Made by a program: the position numbers and the translations under genes. 64,000 bases of DNA from Thainema sp. (GTDB lineage Bacteria; Cyanobacteriota; Cyanobacteriia; Phormidesmidales; Phormidesmidaceae): contig JBQLZK010000025.1 in assembly GCA_052168235.1 (NCBI GenBank), forward strand, positions 1-64,000. The letters run 5' to 3'. Shown here in pieces: positions 10,073-20,057 of the stretch (its first letter is position 1; every line of letters begins with the position of its first letter). The notes under the pieces are model-generated. The model searched no databases. It was not told the origin of the DNA and was given only the letters and a program-made list of their open reading frames with translations.

Positions 10073-11139
10073 TTAGATGGTGGCGATGGAGGGTGCGTTT
10101 TTGGCTGGGTGGGTGCTGTTTGCTGGTTCAGTGATCATGGGGGAAAGTTGCGATCGCACAACTTCGATGGCTTCTTCGACCATTGTTTGAACAATTTCGC
10201 CAGCGGGTTTGAGTGAGTGAATATTGCCGCTACTTTCGCCAGCGGTGAGGCACATTTCCTCGAAGTCGCCGGATGTGTCTGGGGTCGGCAGAATAACGGA
10301 AAACTTGGGTAATGGTATAGATTGACCATTGACGATAGTCGAGCCAATAGAAGCCTGCTGATCGGTATTGGCTAAAGCGCTGGGTACCTGATCGCCCCAT
10401 TGATTGACGACTCGATTCCGTAGAACTCGCATCATTTGTCCTGGCCACTCTGGGCCAAACAGCGTGGTGCGCGTGGTGTCACCGACGTTCGCTTTTAACA
10501 CTCTGGCCTTATACTCGTCGTGGGCATTGGCCTCTACGCTGGCCAGAAATCGGGTGCCGCACCAGACGGCTTCGGCTCCCAGCGCCAGTGCCGCCACCAT
10601 ACTTTTACCGTCAATGATTCCTCCCGCTGCGATCACGGGCATAGGCGTCACAATATCGCGAATTGCAGGTAATAGGCTGAATGTACTGGCCTCAGCTCGA
10701 TTGTGGCCGCCACCTTCTTTGCCTTGAACACAATGGCATCGAATCCCATTGTCTTGGCCTGCCTAGCTTCCTGCGTCAAACCTACTTCCATCCAGACTCT
10801 GGTGCCACTAGCTTGCAGTCGAGTGACCCACTCTTGCGGTGGCAGCGACCAGAAGAAAATGGCAACAGGTACCCTTTCAGCCACACAAACTTCAATCTGT
10901 TCTTCAGGCGTGAGATCAGTAACGAAGTCGATGCCAAATGGTTGGCTAGTTAACGAGCGGGTCTGACGGATCATCGCTCGTAATCCTTCTGGTTCAACCA
11001 TTGCTGCACTGAAGGTACCCATGCCGCCTGCATTACTGACGGCTGCAGCTAAAGGAGGATGGGCAACACAGGCCATACCTGCTGAAATGATCGGGGCACT
11101 AAGGCCATAGGTTCGGGTAATTCGGGTGGATAACATCAT
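10073..11139 (-). pseudogene. Nitronate monooxygenase (2-nitropropane dioxygenase) family, split by a 1-nt frameshift near 10728
   Basis: PIISAGM..LAAAVSNAGGMG in the 5' ORF; shifted frame restores QGKEGGGHNR and leads into PVIAAGGI..G..AALALGA...GTRF. Confidence 0.85.
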
Positions 11140-11185
11140 AGGAATCTCTGTGGAGAAGGGGTGTAGAGGGTGGAGAGATTTCTCC

Positions 11186-11689
11186 CTAATACAACCAACT
11201 TTTATACTCTGCTGTTGCCGCTTTCATATCTTCGTAAAGCCACACCATGCGATCGAAGAACCAGATTTTGCCGATGTTAATCAGTAAGGTGCCTGCAAGG
11301 GTGAGGGATAGATTAAATTGCCATAAACCCCAAGCAGCCAGAATTAGACCAATACCCGATAGCCCTGTTAAAAAGTAAGGAAAATATTGATGGTGTTGAG
11401 GGATTGGAATAGCGGCACGATTGATCCAAACCCGTTCTCCCAAAACGCCTTTGGCCATCCAGGTATGAGTTGATTTTGGAACTGGAAAAATACGAGCATT
11501 GAGCCAGTTCCAGAGTAGAGCAGTAGCAATAAGAGGTAGCGACCACCAGCCGAGCCATAAACGGCTCCAAATGGCTAAAAATAGTAAGGGAATAACTGTT
11601 AATCTTGTCCAAAAACACCAGGGATGGGTGTGGCGTTTCCAAGTCTCACCCTCCATTTGAAAGAGGCTGGAGATTGTTTGAGCAAACAT
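11186..11689 (-). CDS. DUF6653-like Trp-rich membrane protein
   Basis: W.RH..PW..WTR, GVLGERVW.N and K.WF.DRMVWLY motifs. Confidence 0.75.
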   Translation of the reverse strand: MFAQTISSLFQMEGETWKRHTHPWCFWTRLTVIPLLFLAIWSRLWLGWWSLPLIATALLWNWLNARIFPVPKSTHTWMAKGVLGERVWINRAAIPIPQHHQYFPYFLTGLSGIGLILAAWGLWQFNLSLTLAGTLLINIGKIWFFDRMVWLYEDMKAATAEYKSWLY

Positions 11690-11741
11690 GATAGTTTTCA
11701 GATTGTTGAATAGGGAAATGGGCAGTAGTTTCTTCTAAGAT

Positions 11742-11924
11742 TTAATCTCCTTTTTGTTGCTTGCTTTGAGTGATATTTTGATTACATTGAGGTGGCGGCA
11801 GCGATCGATATTGACCGTGAAATTGACTGAAGCGCCAAAATACTTTTGTCAGTTGCCAGAGATAAGGTTCAATTTCTTGCCTCTCACAAATCGTTTGCTT
11901 GAGACAAATCTTGTGCCAGGTCAT
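11742..11924 (-). CDS. Small hypothetical protein (FWRFSQFHG motif), module gene B copy 1
   Basis: GAGG RBS; shares LW...FWRFSQFHGxYxSLP with 38688..38858. Confidence 0.7.
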   Translation of the reverse strand: MTWHKICLKQTICERQEIEPYLWQLTKVFWRFSQFHGQYRSLPPPQCNQNITQSKQQKGD

Positions 11925-11947
11925 GACTAATCCTCATACTTGATAGC

Positions 11948-12038
11948 CTCACATCTTGTACCAAAACCCAGCAGGGTTATTTTGCCGCCGCATCGTGGCG
12001 GCAAAATGATTTTGAGTTCTCGACGTGCAAGATATGAG
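11948..12038. mobile_element. MITE-like element, about 90 bp
   Basis: Ends CTCACATCTTGTAC...GTGCAAGATATGAG and an internal TTTTGCCGCC..GGCGGCAAAA hairpin; related copy at 61176-61266. Confidence 0.65.
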
Positions 12039-12046
12039 TAGAGTCA

Positions 12047-12301
12047 TTAGTTGTAGTAGCAGCGTTCAATCCAATCGATTACTTCTTGCTTTGAGAAAAA
12101 GACTTGCTTGGTTTGAGTTCTAGGATTGTAAACGTACCATTGAGATCCATAAGCCGTTTCACGTTGATGAATGATTGGTTCGTTGTGGGGTCGGATTAAA
12201 AATTTGACGACTGCGTCTATAGCGTGCATGAGCCAGCGGTTGATGTGATAGATATAGGCTCGTTTTTGCTTGCGCTTTAAGATGATTATCTTGTTATGCA
12301 T
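12047..12301 (-). CDS. Small hypothetical protein (EP.I...Y[ND]P...F.S..E...W.E..YY), module gene A copy 1
   Basis: Strong AGGAGG RBS; C-terminal similarity to 38321..38632. Confidence 0.75.
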   Translation of the reverse strand: MHNKIIILKRKQKRAYIYHINRWLMHAIDAVVKFLIRPHNEPIIHQRETAYGSQWYVYNPRTQTKQVFFSKQEVIDWIERCYYN

Positions 12302-12525
12302 GGCTACCCTCCTAACGCATAGGGCGTAGTAGTTATATCAAGTCTGTGGATAAGAACCCAATTTATTTTTTGTAAGAGCTTGGTTAGATCGAGCTTTTAC
12401 AAAAAATAAGTCATCGGTTTTTAATCAGACTTCGTATTAATTGGCTTACTTTCAACAGTAAGAGCTAAGCCAAATCCTGTCTCTGGGGTTAATCTATGGA
12501 TTCAGCCTGAACAATCTCTGGAAAC

Positions 12526-15500
12526 CTATGTTGATGCTGAGGGTGCTATAGAATCTGCGATCGCACCTAGTGCTTTTAAGCTTTCAATTTGAAATGATGT
12601 CAGTCCTTGAATACCCGTGATGTTCATACCTTCGTAGGGCCGATCAAGCTTTGCTGTTTTCCAGCAATCGTGCGAAGTTATATCCCAAATCTTGAGGGTC
12701 TCATCTTCACCACTGCTGTAGAGATAGCGACCGCTGCGTGCAAAGGCAAGGGCCAAGATTTGATTTTCGTGTCCCTTTAGCTCAGCGATGCATTCTCCAG
12801 TTGTCGGCACCCACAGGCGGATAATGCTGTCGTGGCAGCCTGTGGCCAAGAGATTGCCTTGAGGATGCCATGCGATCGCGCTTACGACACCAGGATGTTC
12901 CAAGATCCGTACACAATCCACGGCGTTAGCCTGAACTTGCCACAGCTTCAGAGTATTGTCGTAACTACCGCTAGCAAGAAGATTCCCTAAAGGACTCCAA
13001 GCCAGTCGCCAAACCCAATGGTCATGCCCTGGGAGAACATGAGCACAATCCCAAGTCTCTGGCTGCCAGATATAAATGTTGAAGTCGCCAACGGCTGCTG
13101 CTAACCATTGCCCCTTGGGATGCCAGCGCACTGACAGAACCCAGCTGGTGGGTTCTGTCAGAGTTCTTAACGGCTGAGGCTGATCGGGATGCCAGAGGTT
13201 TACAGTACCATCGACGCTACCACTGGCCAGCAGGTCTTGGCTAGGATGCCAATCAACTGACCAGACCCAGTTAGTATGCCCTCGCAAAACGTTAAGACAG
13301 CGCTGGGACGATCGCTGCCATAAGCGTAAGGTGCGATCGTGGGAAGCACTTGCAAATCGCTCTCCATCCGAACTCCAGCTAATATCAGAAATGAGATGGT
13401 TGTGGCCGTTAACGTGAGTAAAGTGAGTTGACAGATGGGGTTGCCAAAACCGCAGGATAGTATCGTCGCAACCTAGTACTAGGGTTTCGTCATCAGGAGC
13501 CAGAGCGATTGCCCGCATGTTCGCTAAGTGCCCACAGCAGCTTCGTAAACAGTGCCCCGACACCGTATCCCATAGCCGTAGTGAACCGTCGTGCCCACCG
13601 CTGGCAATTAGTGCTTGCTCAGGATGCCATCGGGCATACCAGACCCAGTTTTGGTGTCCCTGCAAAACTCGTAGACAATAACCCGTTGTTGCCTCCCAAA
13701 GGCGGATAGTGGAGTCGTTTGAAGCACTGGCAACGACCTGACCATCAGGGCTCCAATCAACACTCCAGATGGTGTTGGTATGGCCTTTGAGCATCTGCAT
13801 TGTATGGTTAAGCGAGTTGTTTTCAAGATGCCACAGCACCAAGGTTCCATTCTCCAATGCGCAGGCCAAGATAGGTTTGGTGGGGCTCCATGCCGCCCAA
13901 CGCACTGGAATATTCTCAAAGTTTTGCACTTGCTGACAGCTTCCGCCGGGAATTTGCCACAGTTTCACAGTTCCATCACTACTGCTGCTGGCTAATGTGC
14001 CCGAAACCGAACGCCAACTCAAACTATTCACAATGTCCGTGTGCCCAGCGATAACATGTACGTCTGTAGAATCAAAGGGCTGCCAAATCCGAATTGTGCC
14101 GTCGATACTACCGATAGCCAGCGTATTTGAATCAATCCAGACAATCGCCCGCCCAATAGTTGGTGCCACTGAGAGTTCTGCCTGCAATTCTCCGGTCAAT
14201 AAATTGCATATCTTCACTGTTTGATCTTCGCTGCAAGTCGCAACGCAATGACCATCGGGATGAGGGCGAATGTCCCAGATATAACTGGTGTGCAGACGAA
14301 TCGTTTTAGCTGGTCGGAACTGCATACTGTCCCAAAGCCTTAAAATACCTACGCTGTCGCCGGTAATCAGGTATGACCCGTCCAGGCTATAGCTGAGGGC
14401 AAAGATACTACCAAAGGTTTGCTTGAAGGCCGTTTGACTAAAGTAGGCTTGAGCAAAATTGACTCGTTGAAATAACCGATGCTGTAAATTCGCCTGGCGG
14501 ATCGTCAGGTGAGAAAAGTCAAAATCGGTCAAGTTAATGTCCAGGGCATTACTCAGATTGATGAGATTTCCTGCTCCGTAGCCGATAGGATTGGTGTGGC
14601 GAACTGTCGTAAGTAGGGTTTGAAGCTGTTGAGTTTGAGCAGCAACAGTGGGAAAGCGATCGCAGATTACCTTGACCACAGGCATCAAAAGCAGCCGCAC
14701 CTGAGATTTGGTAATAAAATCCCGCACCGTATTCTTGATCAGCGCATAACAATGCCATTGGCAAAGTGTTGTACTCACCGCTTCCTGACTCAGCGTTTCC
14801 ACAAGCTGTTCGGTGACGTACTCCATGACGACAGGCTGCTGGGTATAGCGTTGTTGTTGACGCTCAATTAGTCCCCGCCACCGCAGCGATTCCAGCGCCT
14901 CTAGCAACCGTGCCTTAGGTGCTATCGGCAAAATATCCTCCGCCAGCTCGCTGATTTCTGTCCAGTCGCGGTTGATGGCCAGCCAGTTCATGACAGCCTG
15001 TTCCAACTCGGAAAGTCGCTGAAGCTGTTCTGCCAATAGGCGACGAACGCTGTTGAAGATAACCGCATCTTCGGCTAGAAATACGCCAATCTCACCATCA
15101 AACAAATCCTGAATGGTAGTGGCGACAATTTTGAGCGCCAGGGGATTGTAGCTGTAGCGATCGCACAATTCCCGTCGCTGTGCGGCTGTCCCGCTGAGCC
15201 CTTTGGCCTCAATCAGCGCTAATGCTGTCGTAACCGAGCCGCTGAGCTGCAGTGTACGGGTGTAGCCATCCATGCCCTCCAATGCGGCGATTTCAGCAGG
15301 TTTCTCGCGGCTGGTAAATAAAATGCAGCTTTGATGAGCCGTTTCACCAATCAGCCGCAATAGCTCACCGTAATCGTCATAACCATCACGATAATATCCG
15401 GCCTGTTCACCCGCCTGGAGAATCGTTTCAACGTTATCTAATACGATCAGACATCTGCGATCGCGCATCCAGTGCAGCAGTCGCGACAGATCGGCAGTCG

Positions 15501-16200
15501 TTTCTTGCTGATCCGATAGGATGCTAATCAGCTCCGCTAGTACCGTCGAGAGATCTGGCGCATTCCGTAGCGATCGCCAGATGACATGGGTAAACGCACA
15601 AGCTGATGTCGAATCGTCTGCATGGTCTACAAGCTGCTGCACCACTCTGGTTGCCAGCGTACTTTTGCCAATGCCGCCCATGCCCAGAACCGCGATTAGA
15701 CGACAGTTTTCCGCCTCAATCCAGCGGCGTAGAATGGCCTGTTCGTCATCGCGACCGTAGAATTGGCTGACGTCGGGGGCTTCACCCCAGGAGGTTGTGA
15801 GGGAGGGAGAGTGAGGAGCGATGCGTGAGGCGTGAGGCGATAGATCCGTTTCGATACTCGTAGATAAAGATTTGGTACTCGTAGATAAGGTTTTGGTACT
15901 CGTAGATAAGGATGTGGGATCTGGAGGTGTGGGTTCGGGGAGCGCATTGCGGCTGATGGCAGCTTTGAAGTTTTTCTTGTTGACGGGTTCGCCGAGGGCT
16001 TGGCTGAGAGCTTTCCAAAATTTAGGGCCAGCATCGGTTGTCAGATAGTTAACCGAATAGCCCGCTTCATCGGCAATTTGCGGATAGGTTTTGCCCTGCC
16101 ACGCGCCCTCAAAGATCAGCGTCTCAATATCGCTGAGTTGCCGTCCCAACTGAGCCTGCATGGCAGTATTAACGATGATAATCGCCTCATCTTGTTCCAT
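12526..16200 (-). CDS. STAND NTPase: N-terminal wHTH + NB-ARC + WD40 repeats
   Basis: KTYPQIA..AGYS HTH, Walker A GMGGIGKS, Walker B LIVLDNVE, NPLALK, pentapeptide linker, many GH...W repeats, RPYEGMNITG tail. Confidence 0.93.
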   Translation of the reverse strand: MEQDEAIIIVNTAMQAQLGRQLSDIETLIFEGAWQGKTYPQIADEAGYSVNYLTTDAGPKFWKALSQALGEPVNKKNFKAAISRNALPEPTPPDPTSLSTSTKTLSTSTKSLSTSIETDLSPHASRIAPHSPSLTTSWGEAPDVSQFYGRDDEQAILRRWIEAENCRLIAVLGMGGIGKSTLATRVVQQLVDHADDSTSACAFTHVIWRSLRNAPDLSTVLAELISILSDQQETTADLSRLLHWMRDRRCLIVLDNVETILQAGEQAGYYRDGYDDYGELLRLIGETAHQSCILFTSREKPAEIAALEGMDGYTRTLQLSGSVTTALALIEAKGLSGTAAQRRELCDRYSYNPLALKIVATTIQDLFDGEIGVFLAEDAVIFNSVRRLLAEQLQRLSELEQAVMNWLAINRDWTEISELAEDILPIAPKARLLEALESLRWRGLIERQQQRYTQQPVVMEYVTEQLVETLSQEAVSTTLCQWHCYALIKNTVRDFITKSQVRLLLMPVVKVICDRFPTVAAQTQQLQTLLTTVRHTNPIGYGAGNLINLSNALDINLTDFDFSHLTIRQANLQHRLFQRVNFAQAYFSQTAFKQTFGSIFALSYSLDGSYLITGDSVGILRLWDSMQFRPAKTIRLHTSYIWDIRPHPDGHCVATCSEDQTVKICNLLTGELQAELSVAPTIGRAIVWIDSNTLAIGSIDGTIRIWQPFDSTDVHVIAGHTDIVNSLSWRSVSGTLASSSSDGTVKLWQIPGGSCQQVQNFENIPVRWAAWSPTKPILACALENGTLVLWHLENNSLNHTMQMLKGHTNTIWSVDWSPDGQVVASASNDSTIRLWEATTGYCLRVLQGHQNWVWYARWHPEQALIASGGHDGSLRLWDTVSGHCLRSCCGHLANMRAIALAPDDETLVLGCDDTILRFWQPHLSTHFTHVNGHNHLISDISWSSDGERFASASHDRTLRLWQRSSQRCLNVLRGHTNWVWSVDWHPSQDLLASGSVDGTVNLWHPDQPQPLRTLTEPTSWVLSVRWHPKGQWLAAAVGDFNIYIWQPETWDCAHVLPGHDHWVWRLAWSPLGNLLASGSYDNTLKLWQVQANAVDCVRILEHPGVVSAIAWHPQGNLLATGCHDSIIRLWVPTTGECIAELKGHENQILALAFARSGRYLYSSGEDETLKIWDITSHDCWKTAKLDRPYEGMNITGIQGLTSFQIESLKALGAIADSIAPSAST

Positions 16201-16203
16201 CGC

Positions 16204-19200
16204 CTAACTATCCTGATCGATGGCGGATTCGATGGCTCCTAATGCTTTTAATGTAACTTTTTGAGCATCGGTTAACCCTTGAACGCCAGTAATATTCATC
16301 CCTTCGTAGGGGCGATTGGGTTGCAGTGTCTTCAAACAGTCGCCAGTCGTCACGTTCCACAGCTTGATGGTTTTGTCTACGCTGCCGCTGGCCAGAACCG
16401 GGCGTTGCGGACTAAATGAAACAGATGTCACCCAGGCCGTATGTCCTGAAAATGTGCTGATGCAGCTTCCAGACGGAATTTCCCACAGTTTGATCGTTTG
16501 ATCTTGGCTGGCACTGCTCAGTAGCGTTCCGTCGGCATTAAACGATATGAACCAGATGAGACTGGTGTGGCCTGATAGGGTTTGCACCAGTTCCCCGGTT
16601 TGCACATGCCAAAGCTTGATTGCTCCATCAGCACCGCTACTGGCCAGATAGGTGCCATCGGGACTAAAGGCCACGCAGAGCACCCAGTCTTGATGTCCAT
16701 GTAGCGTTCTCACACAGTCGCCTGTGCGGATGTCCCATAGGTGAATGACCTGATCAAACCCGCCGCTGGCCAGCAGAGTACCATCGGGACTGAAGGCGAC
16801 CGACCAAATCCAGTGATGATGACCTTGCCAAGCTTTAACAGGCTGTTGAGTTGCAATATCCCACAAGATCAACCTGCGATCGAGTCCTGCACTGGCCAGC
16901 AGGGTACCATCGGGGTTAAAAGCGATCGAAGAAATGCCTTTAGAATGGCCCTGAAAGGAGTGTAAAAGCCGTCGCGTTGAAACATCCCAAAATTTAATCG
17001 TGCCGTCATCGCTGCCGCTGGCCAGGAGACTGCCATCGGGACTGAACTTCACAGACTGTACCTGGTTGCGGTGATCCTGAAAGGTATGCAGGAGTTCGCC
17101 TGTGTGGGCATCCCATAGACGAACAGCATGGTCAAAGCTGCCGCTGGCGAGCAGAGTATCATCTGGGCTAAAGACGACTGACCATACCCAACCCGTATCG
17201 GCCTGGAACGTCTTCAGGGTTTGCCCCGATTGGATGTCCCAAAATCGCAACAGGTGATCGTCTCCCCCACTGATCAGGACGGCACTATCGGGGGTAAAGG
17301 CGATACACCATACCCAGTTATTATGTCCCCGCAGCGTTTTGAGGATCTGACCCGTCTCAGGCTGCCAAATCTTGATCACATGGTCAAAGCCCGCACTGGC
17401 AAGGCAGCCACCATCTGGGCTGAAAGCTACCGCCCAAACGTGATCGGTGTGTCCTTGTAGGGTATGAACCACCTCTCCAGTCTGAGTATCCCAGAGTTTG
17501 ATCGTGCAGTCAGCGCCACTAGTGGCCAGGAGCTGGCCATCGGGCCTAAACGCCACTGACGAAACCTGATCGGTATGTTCGTGCAGTGTTTGAATACATT
17601 TTCCGGTATCAGCATCCCACAGCTTAACGGTGTGATCGGCGCTGCCGCTGGCGATCACACGACCATCGGGACGAAAGGCGACTGATAAAACCTGATCGGT
17701 GTGCTCGGATAGTGTTTGAAGGGATTGTCCGGTATTGACATTCCACAGCTTAACGGTGTGGTCGGTGCTGCCGCTAGCCAGCCGTTGCCCATCGGGGCTA
17801 AACGCCACGGATGAAACCTGGCCCGTATGTTCCTGTAGCGTGTGGACTGGTTCTCCAGTGTTAGTATCCCAGAGTTTGATGGTGTGATCGGCGCTGCCGC
17901 TGGCCAGCAGTTGGCCATTGGGACTAAACGCTACTGACCAGATCTGGGCCAAGTGGGCTTTTTGAATACTCAGGACTTGGCTGTTGGTTGTACTCCAGAG
18001 GCGCAGAATGCCAGTGGACTCACCGGTGACCCAAACTTGGCCATCGGGGCTACAGGTCACCGCCATCACTGGATTAAAGGTTTGGGTAAAGGCGGGATGG
18101 ATTAGTTTGGCACGGGCAAAGCTGACGCCGTGCAAGCTAGTGTTCTGTAGGTAAGCGTGCTGGATAACAAAACCTGAGAAATCAAACTGCCTCAGATCAA
18201 CGTGCAGATGATTGCAGAGGTTAATGATATTGCCGACGCCATAGCCGGAAAAGGGGAGATGAATATCGTACAGGGTGGCAAGAAGGGTTGAAAAATGCTG
18301 CTCTAAAGAAGTTGACTGCTTGAGCGTGATATTGACCTGTTCGGCAATGGGTTGCAGAATCAAGCGGCTTTGGCTGTCACGGATGTAATCTTTAACGGTG
18401 GTTTTGATCAGGGCATAGCGATCGCAAAATACCAAGTCTCCTGAAATGAACTCGCTGCTCATCCGCTCAACCAGTGCGTCCGTCACATATTCCATCACTA
18501 CGGGCTGCAGCGTGTAGCTACCCGCCCGCTTTTCAATCAGACTGCGCCAGCTGAGCGATTCTAAAGCCTCTAGCAAGTGATTGCGGGAGACGGGCGGAAC
18601 GATATCTTCATGTAAGACCGTGATGCTAGCCCATTCTCGGTTAATCGCCAGCCAGTACATCACCGATTCCTCCAGCTCTGATAAGCGCCCGAACTGCTGA
18701 TCCAGCAGGCGACGAATGCCGTTGAATAAAATCGTTTCTTGTTCAAGAAACGGTTCGATTTCGCCGGAAAATAGGTCTTGAATGGAGCTGGTGACAATTT
18801 TGAGCGCCAGCGGATTGCCACCATAGCGATCGCACAATTGCTGCTGTTGTTCTGGAGTGCCGCCCAGCCCCTTCGCCTGCAGAATAGTCAATCCAACTTC
18901 GCAGGAGCCAGAGAGAGAAAGCGATCGCACACCTAGATTAATGCCTTCCATTGCCGCTAGTTCGGCAGGCTTTTCGCGACTGGTCAGGATTACACAGCTT
19001 TGATGGCCGCTTTCACCAATGACGGTGAAAAACTCACGATAGTCTTCATAGCCCGCCCGATACGATCCCGTATGATCACCCGGCTGCAAAATCGTTTCCC
19101 CGTTATCCAAAACCACCAGACAGCGATGGGTGCGAAACCAGTGCAGCAATGACCGAATATCGGTTTGCACATCCGTTTGATTCGAGACGAACAGGACTAG

Positions 19201-19893
19201 CTCACTCAGCAACGTCTCCAAGGGCGGTGCATTCCGCAGACTGCGCCAGATGATGTGCGTAAAGGAAGACGGCGGCGATTCGGCTATGGTTTGAACCAAT
19301 TTAGCTGCGATCGCACTTTTGCCCACCCCACCCATGCCCAACACTGCAACGAGGCGACAGCGATCGACCTCAATCCACTGGTGTAGCATATTTAACTCAG
19401 TGGTTCGACCATTGAACTGGCTGGCGTCGGGCATTTCGCCCCATTCGGTTGCTAGCGAGGGGGAAGCGAGTGACGGAGAAAGCTGGACAGTCTGATCGAG
19501 AGCGATTTTACTGGTTAGGCTTGGTGGCGGATGAGCCAATTGCTCAGTTGCCAGCGGTTCTAGCCGTTCTGATTGCGGAGGCGGAATCGGGGCGGGTGAT
19601 GGAATAGAGAGTGAATCGACTGCAATTTGGGTTCGCCTAACCGCAGATTTGAAGTTTTTTTTATTAACGGGTTCTCCCAAAGCTTGGCTAAGAATTTTCC
19701 AAAACTTAGGCCCAATATCGGTTGTCAAATAATTAACCGAATAGCCAGCCTCATGGGCAATTTGCGGATAGGTTTTGCCCTGCCATGCCCCTTCAAAAAT
19801 TAGCACCTCAACATCGCTCAACTGCCGTCCCCATTGGGACTGCATTGCAGCATTGACGGTTGACAGAGCATCCTCCAGAGTCATGGTGTGCAA
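16204..19893 (-). CDS. STAND NTPase: N-terminal wHTH + NB-ARC + WD40 repeats
   Basis: Same architecture; GMGGVGKS, LVVLDNGE, GNPLALK, canonical SVAFSPDG..LASGS.D.T.KLW blades. Confidence 0.94.
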   Translation of the reverse strand: MHTMTLEDALSTVNAAMQSQWGRQLSDVEVLIFEGAWQGKTYPQIAHEAGYSVNYLTTDIGPKFWKILSQALGEPVNKKNFKSAVRRTQIAVDSLSIPSPAPIPPPQSERLEPLATEQLAHPPPSLTSKIALDQTVQLSPSLASPSLATEWGEMPDASQFNGRTTELNMLHQWIEVDRCRLVAVLGMGGVGKSAIAAKLVQTIAESPPSSFTHIIWRSLRNAPPLETLLSELVLFVSNQTDVQTDIRSLLHWFRTHRCLVVLDNGETILQPGDHTGSYRAGYEDYREFFTVIGESGHQSCVILTSREKPAELAAMEGINLGVRSLSLSGSCEVGLTILQAKGLGGTPEQQQQLCDRYGGNPLALKIVTSSIQDLFSGEIEPFLEQETILFNGIRRLLDQQFGRLSELEESVMYWLAINREWASITVLHEDIVPPVSRNHLLEALESLSWRSLIEKRAGSYTLQPVVMEYVTDALVERMSSEFISGDLVFCDRYALIKTTVKDYIRDSQSRLILQPIAEQVNITLKQSTSLEQHFSTLLATLYDIHLPFSGYGVGNIINLCNHLHVDLRQFDFSGFVIQHAYLQNTSLHGVSFARAKLIHPAFTQTFNPVMAVTCSPDGQVWVTGESTGILRLWSTTNSQVLSIQKAHLAQIWSVAFSPNGQLLASGSADHTIKLWDTNTGEPVHTLQEHTGQVSSVAFSPDGQRLASGSTDHTVKLWNVNTGQSLQTLSEHTDQVLSVAFRPDGRVIASGSADHTVKLWDADTGKCIQTLHEHTDQVSSVAFRPDGQLLATSGADCTIKLWDTQTGEVVHTLQGHTDHVWAVAFSPDGGCLASAGFDHVIKIWQPETGQILKTLRGHNNWVWCIAFTPDSAVLISGGDDHLLRFWDIQSGQTLKTFQADTGWVWSVVFSPDDTLLASGSFDHAVRLWDAHTGELLHTFQDHRNQVQSVKFSPDGSLLASGSDDGTIKFWDVSTRRLLHSFQGHSKGISSIAFNPDGTLLASAGLDRRLILWDIATQQPVKAWQGHHHWIWSVAFSPDGTLLASGGFDQVIHLWDIRTGDCVRTLHGHQDWVLCVAFSPDGTYLASSGADGAIKLWHVQTGELVQTLSGHTSLIWFISFNADGTLLSSASQDQTIKLWEIPSGSCISTFSGHTAWVTSVSFSPQRPVLASGSVDKTIKLWNVTTGDCLKTLQPNRPYEGMNITGVQGLTDAQKVTLKALGAIESAIDQDS

Positions 19894-20057
19894 AAGTGAC
19901 TGCAGCAGATACGTTGGCGATAGATTACCAGAAATTTATCTAGATGGAGGCGAACTATAGACTTTTATTAAAGTTCAAGAAATACGTACGCTACACTCAG
20001 CATAAACTAAGCGATTTGACGGAATGTGACGTGAATGCGTCAAGGCATGAGCAATCA

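Noticed and set aside
16300..17940. Regularly spaced GCTGCCGCTGGC repeats resembling a CRISPR array
   Set aside because: They are WD40 codons (LASGS) at a ~126-bp period inside a CDS; no cas genes nearby
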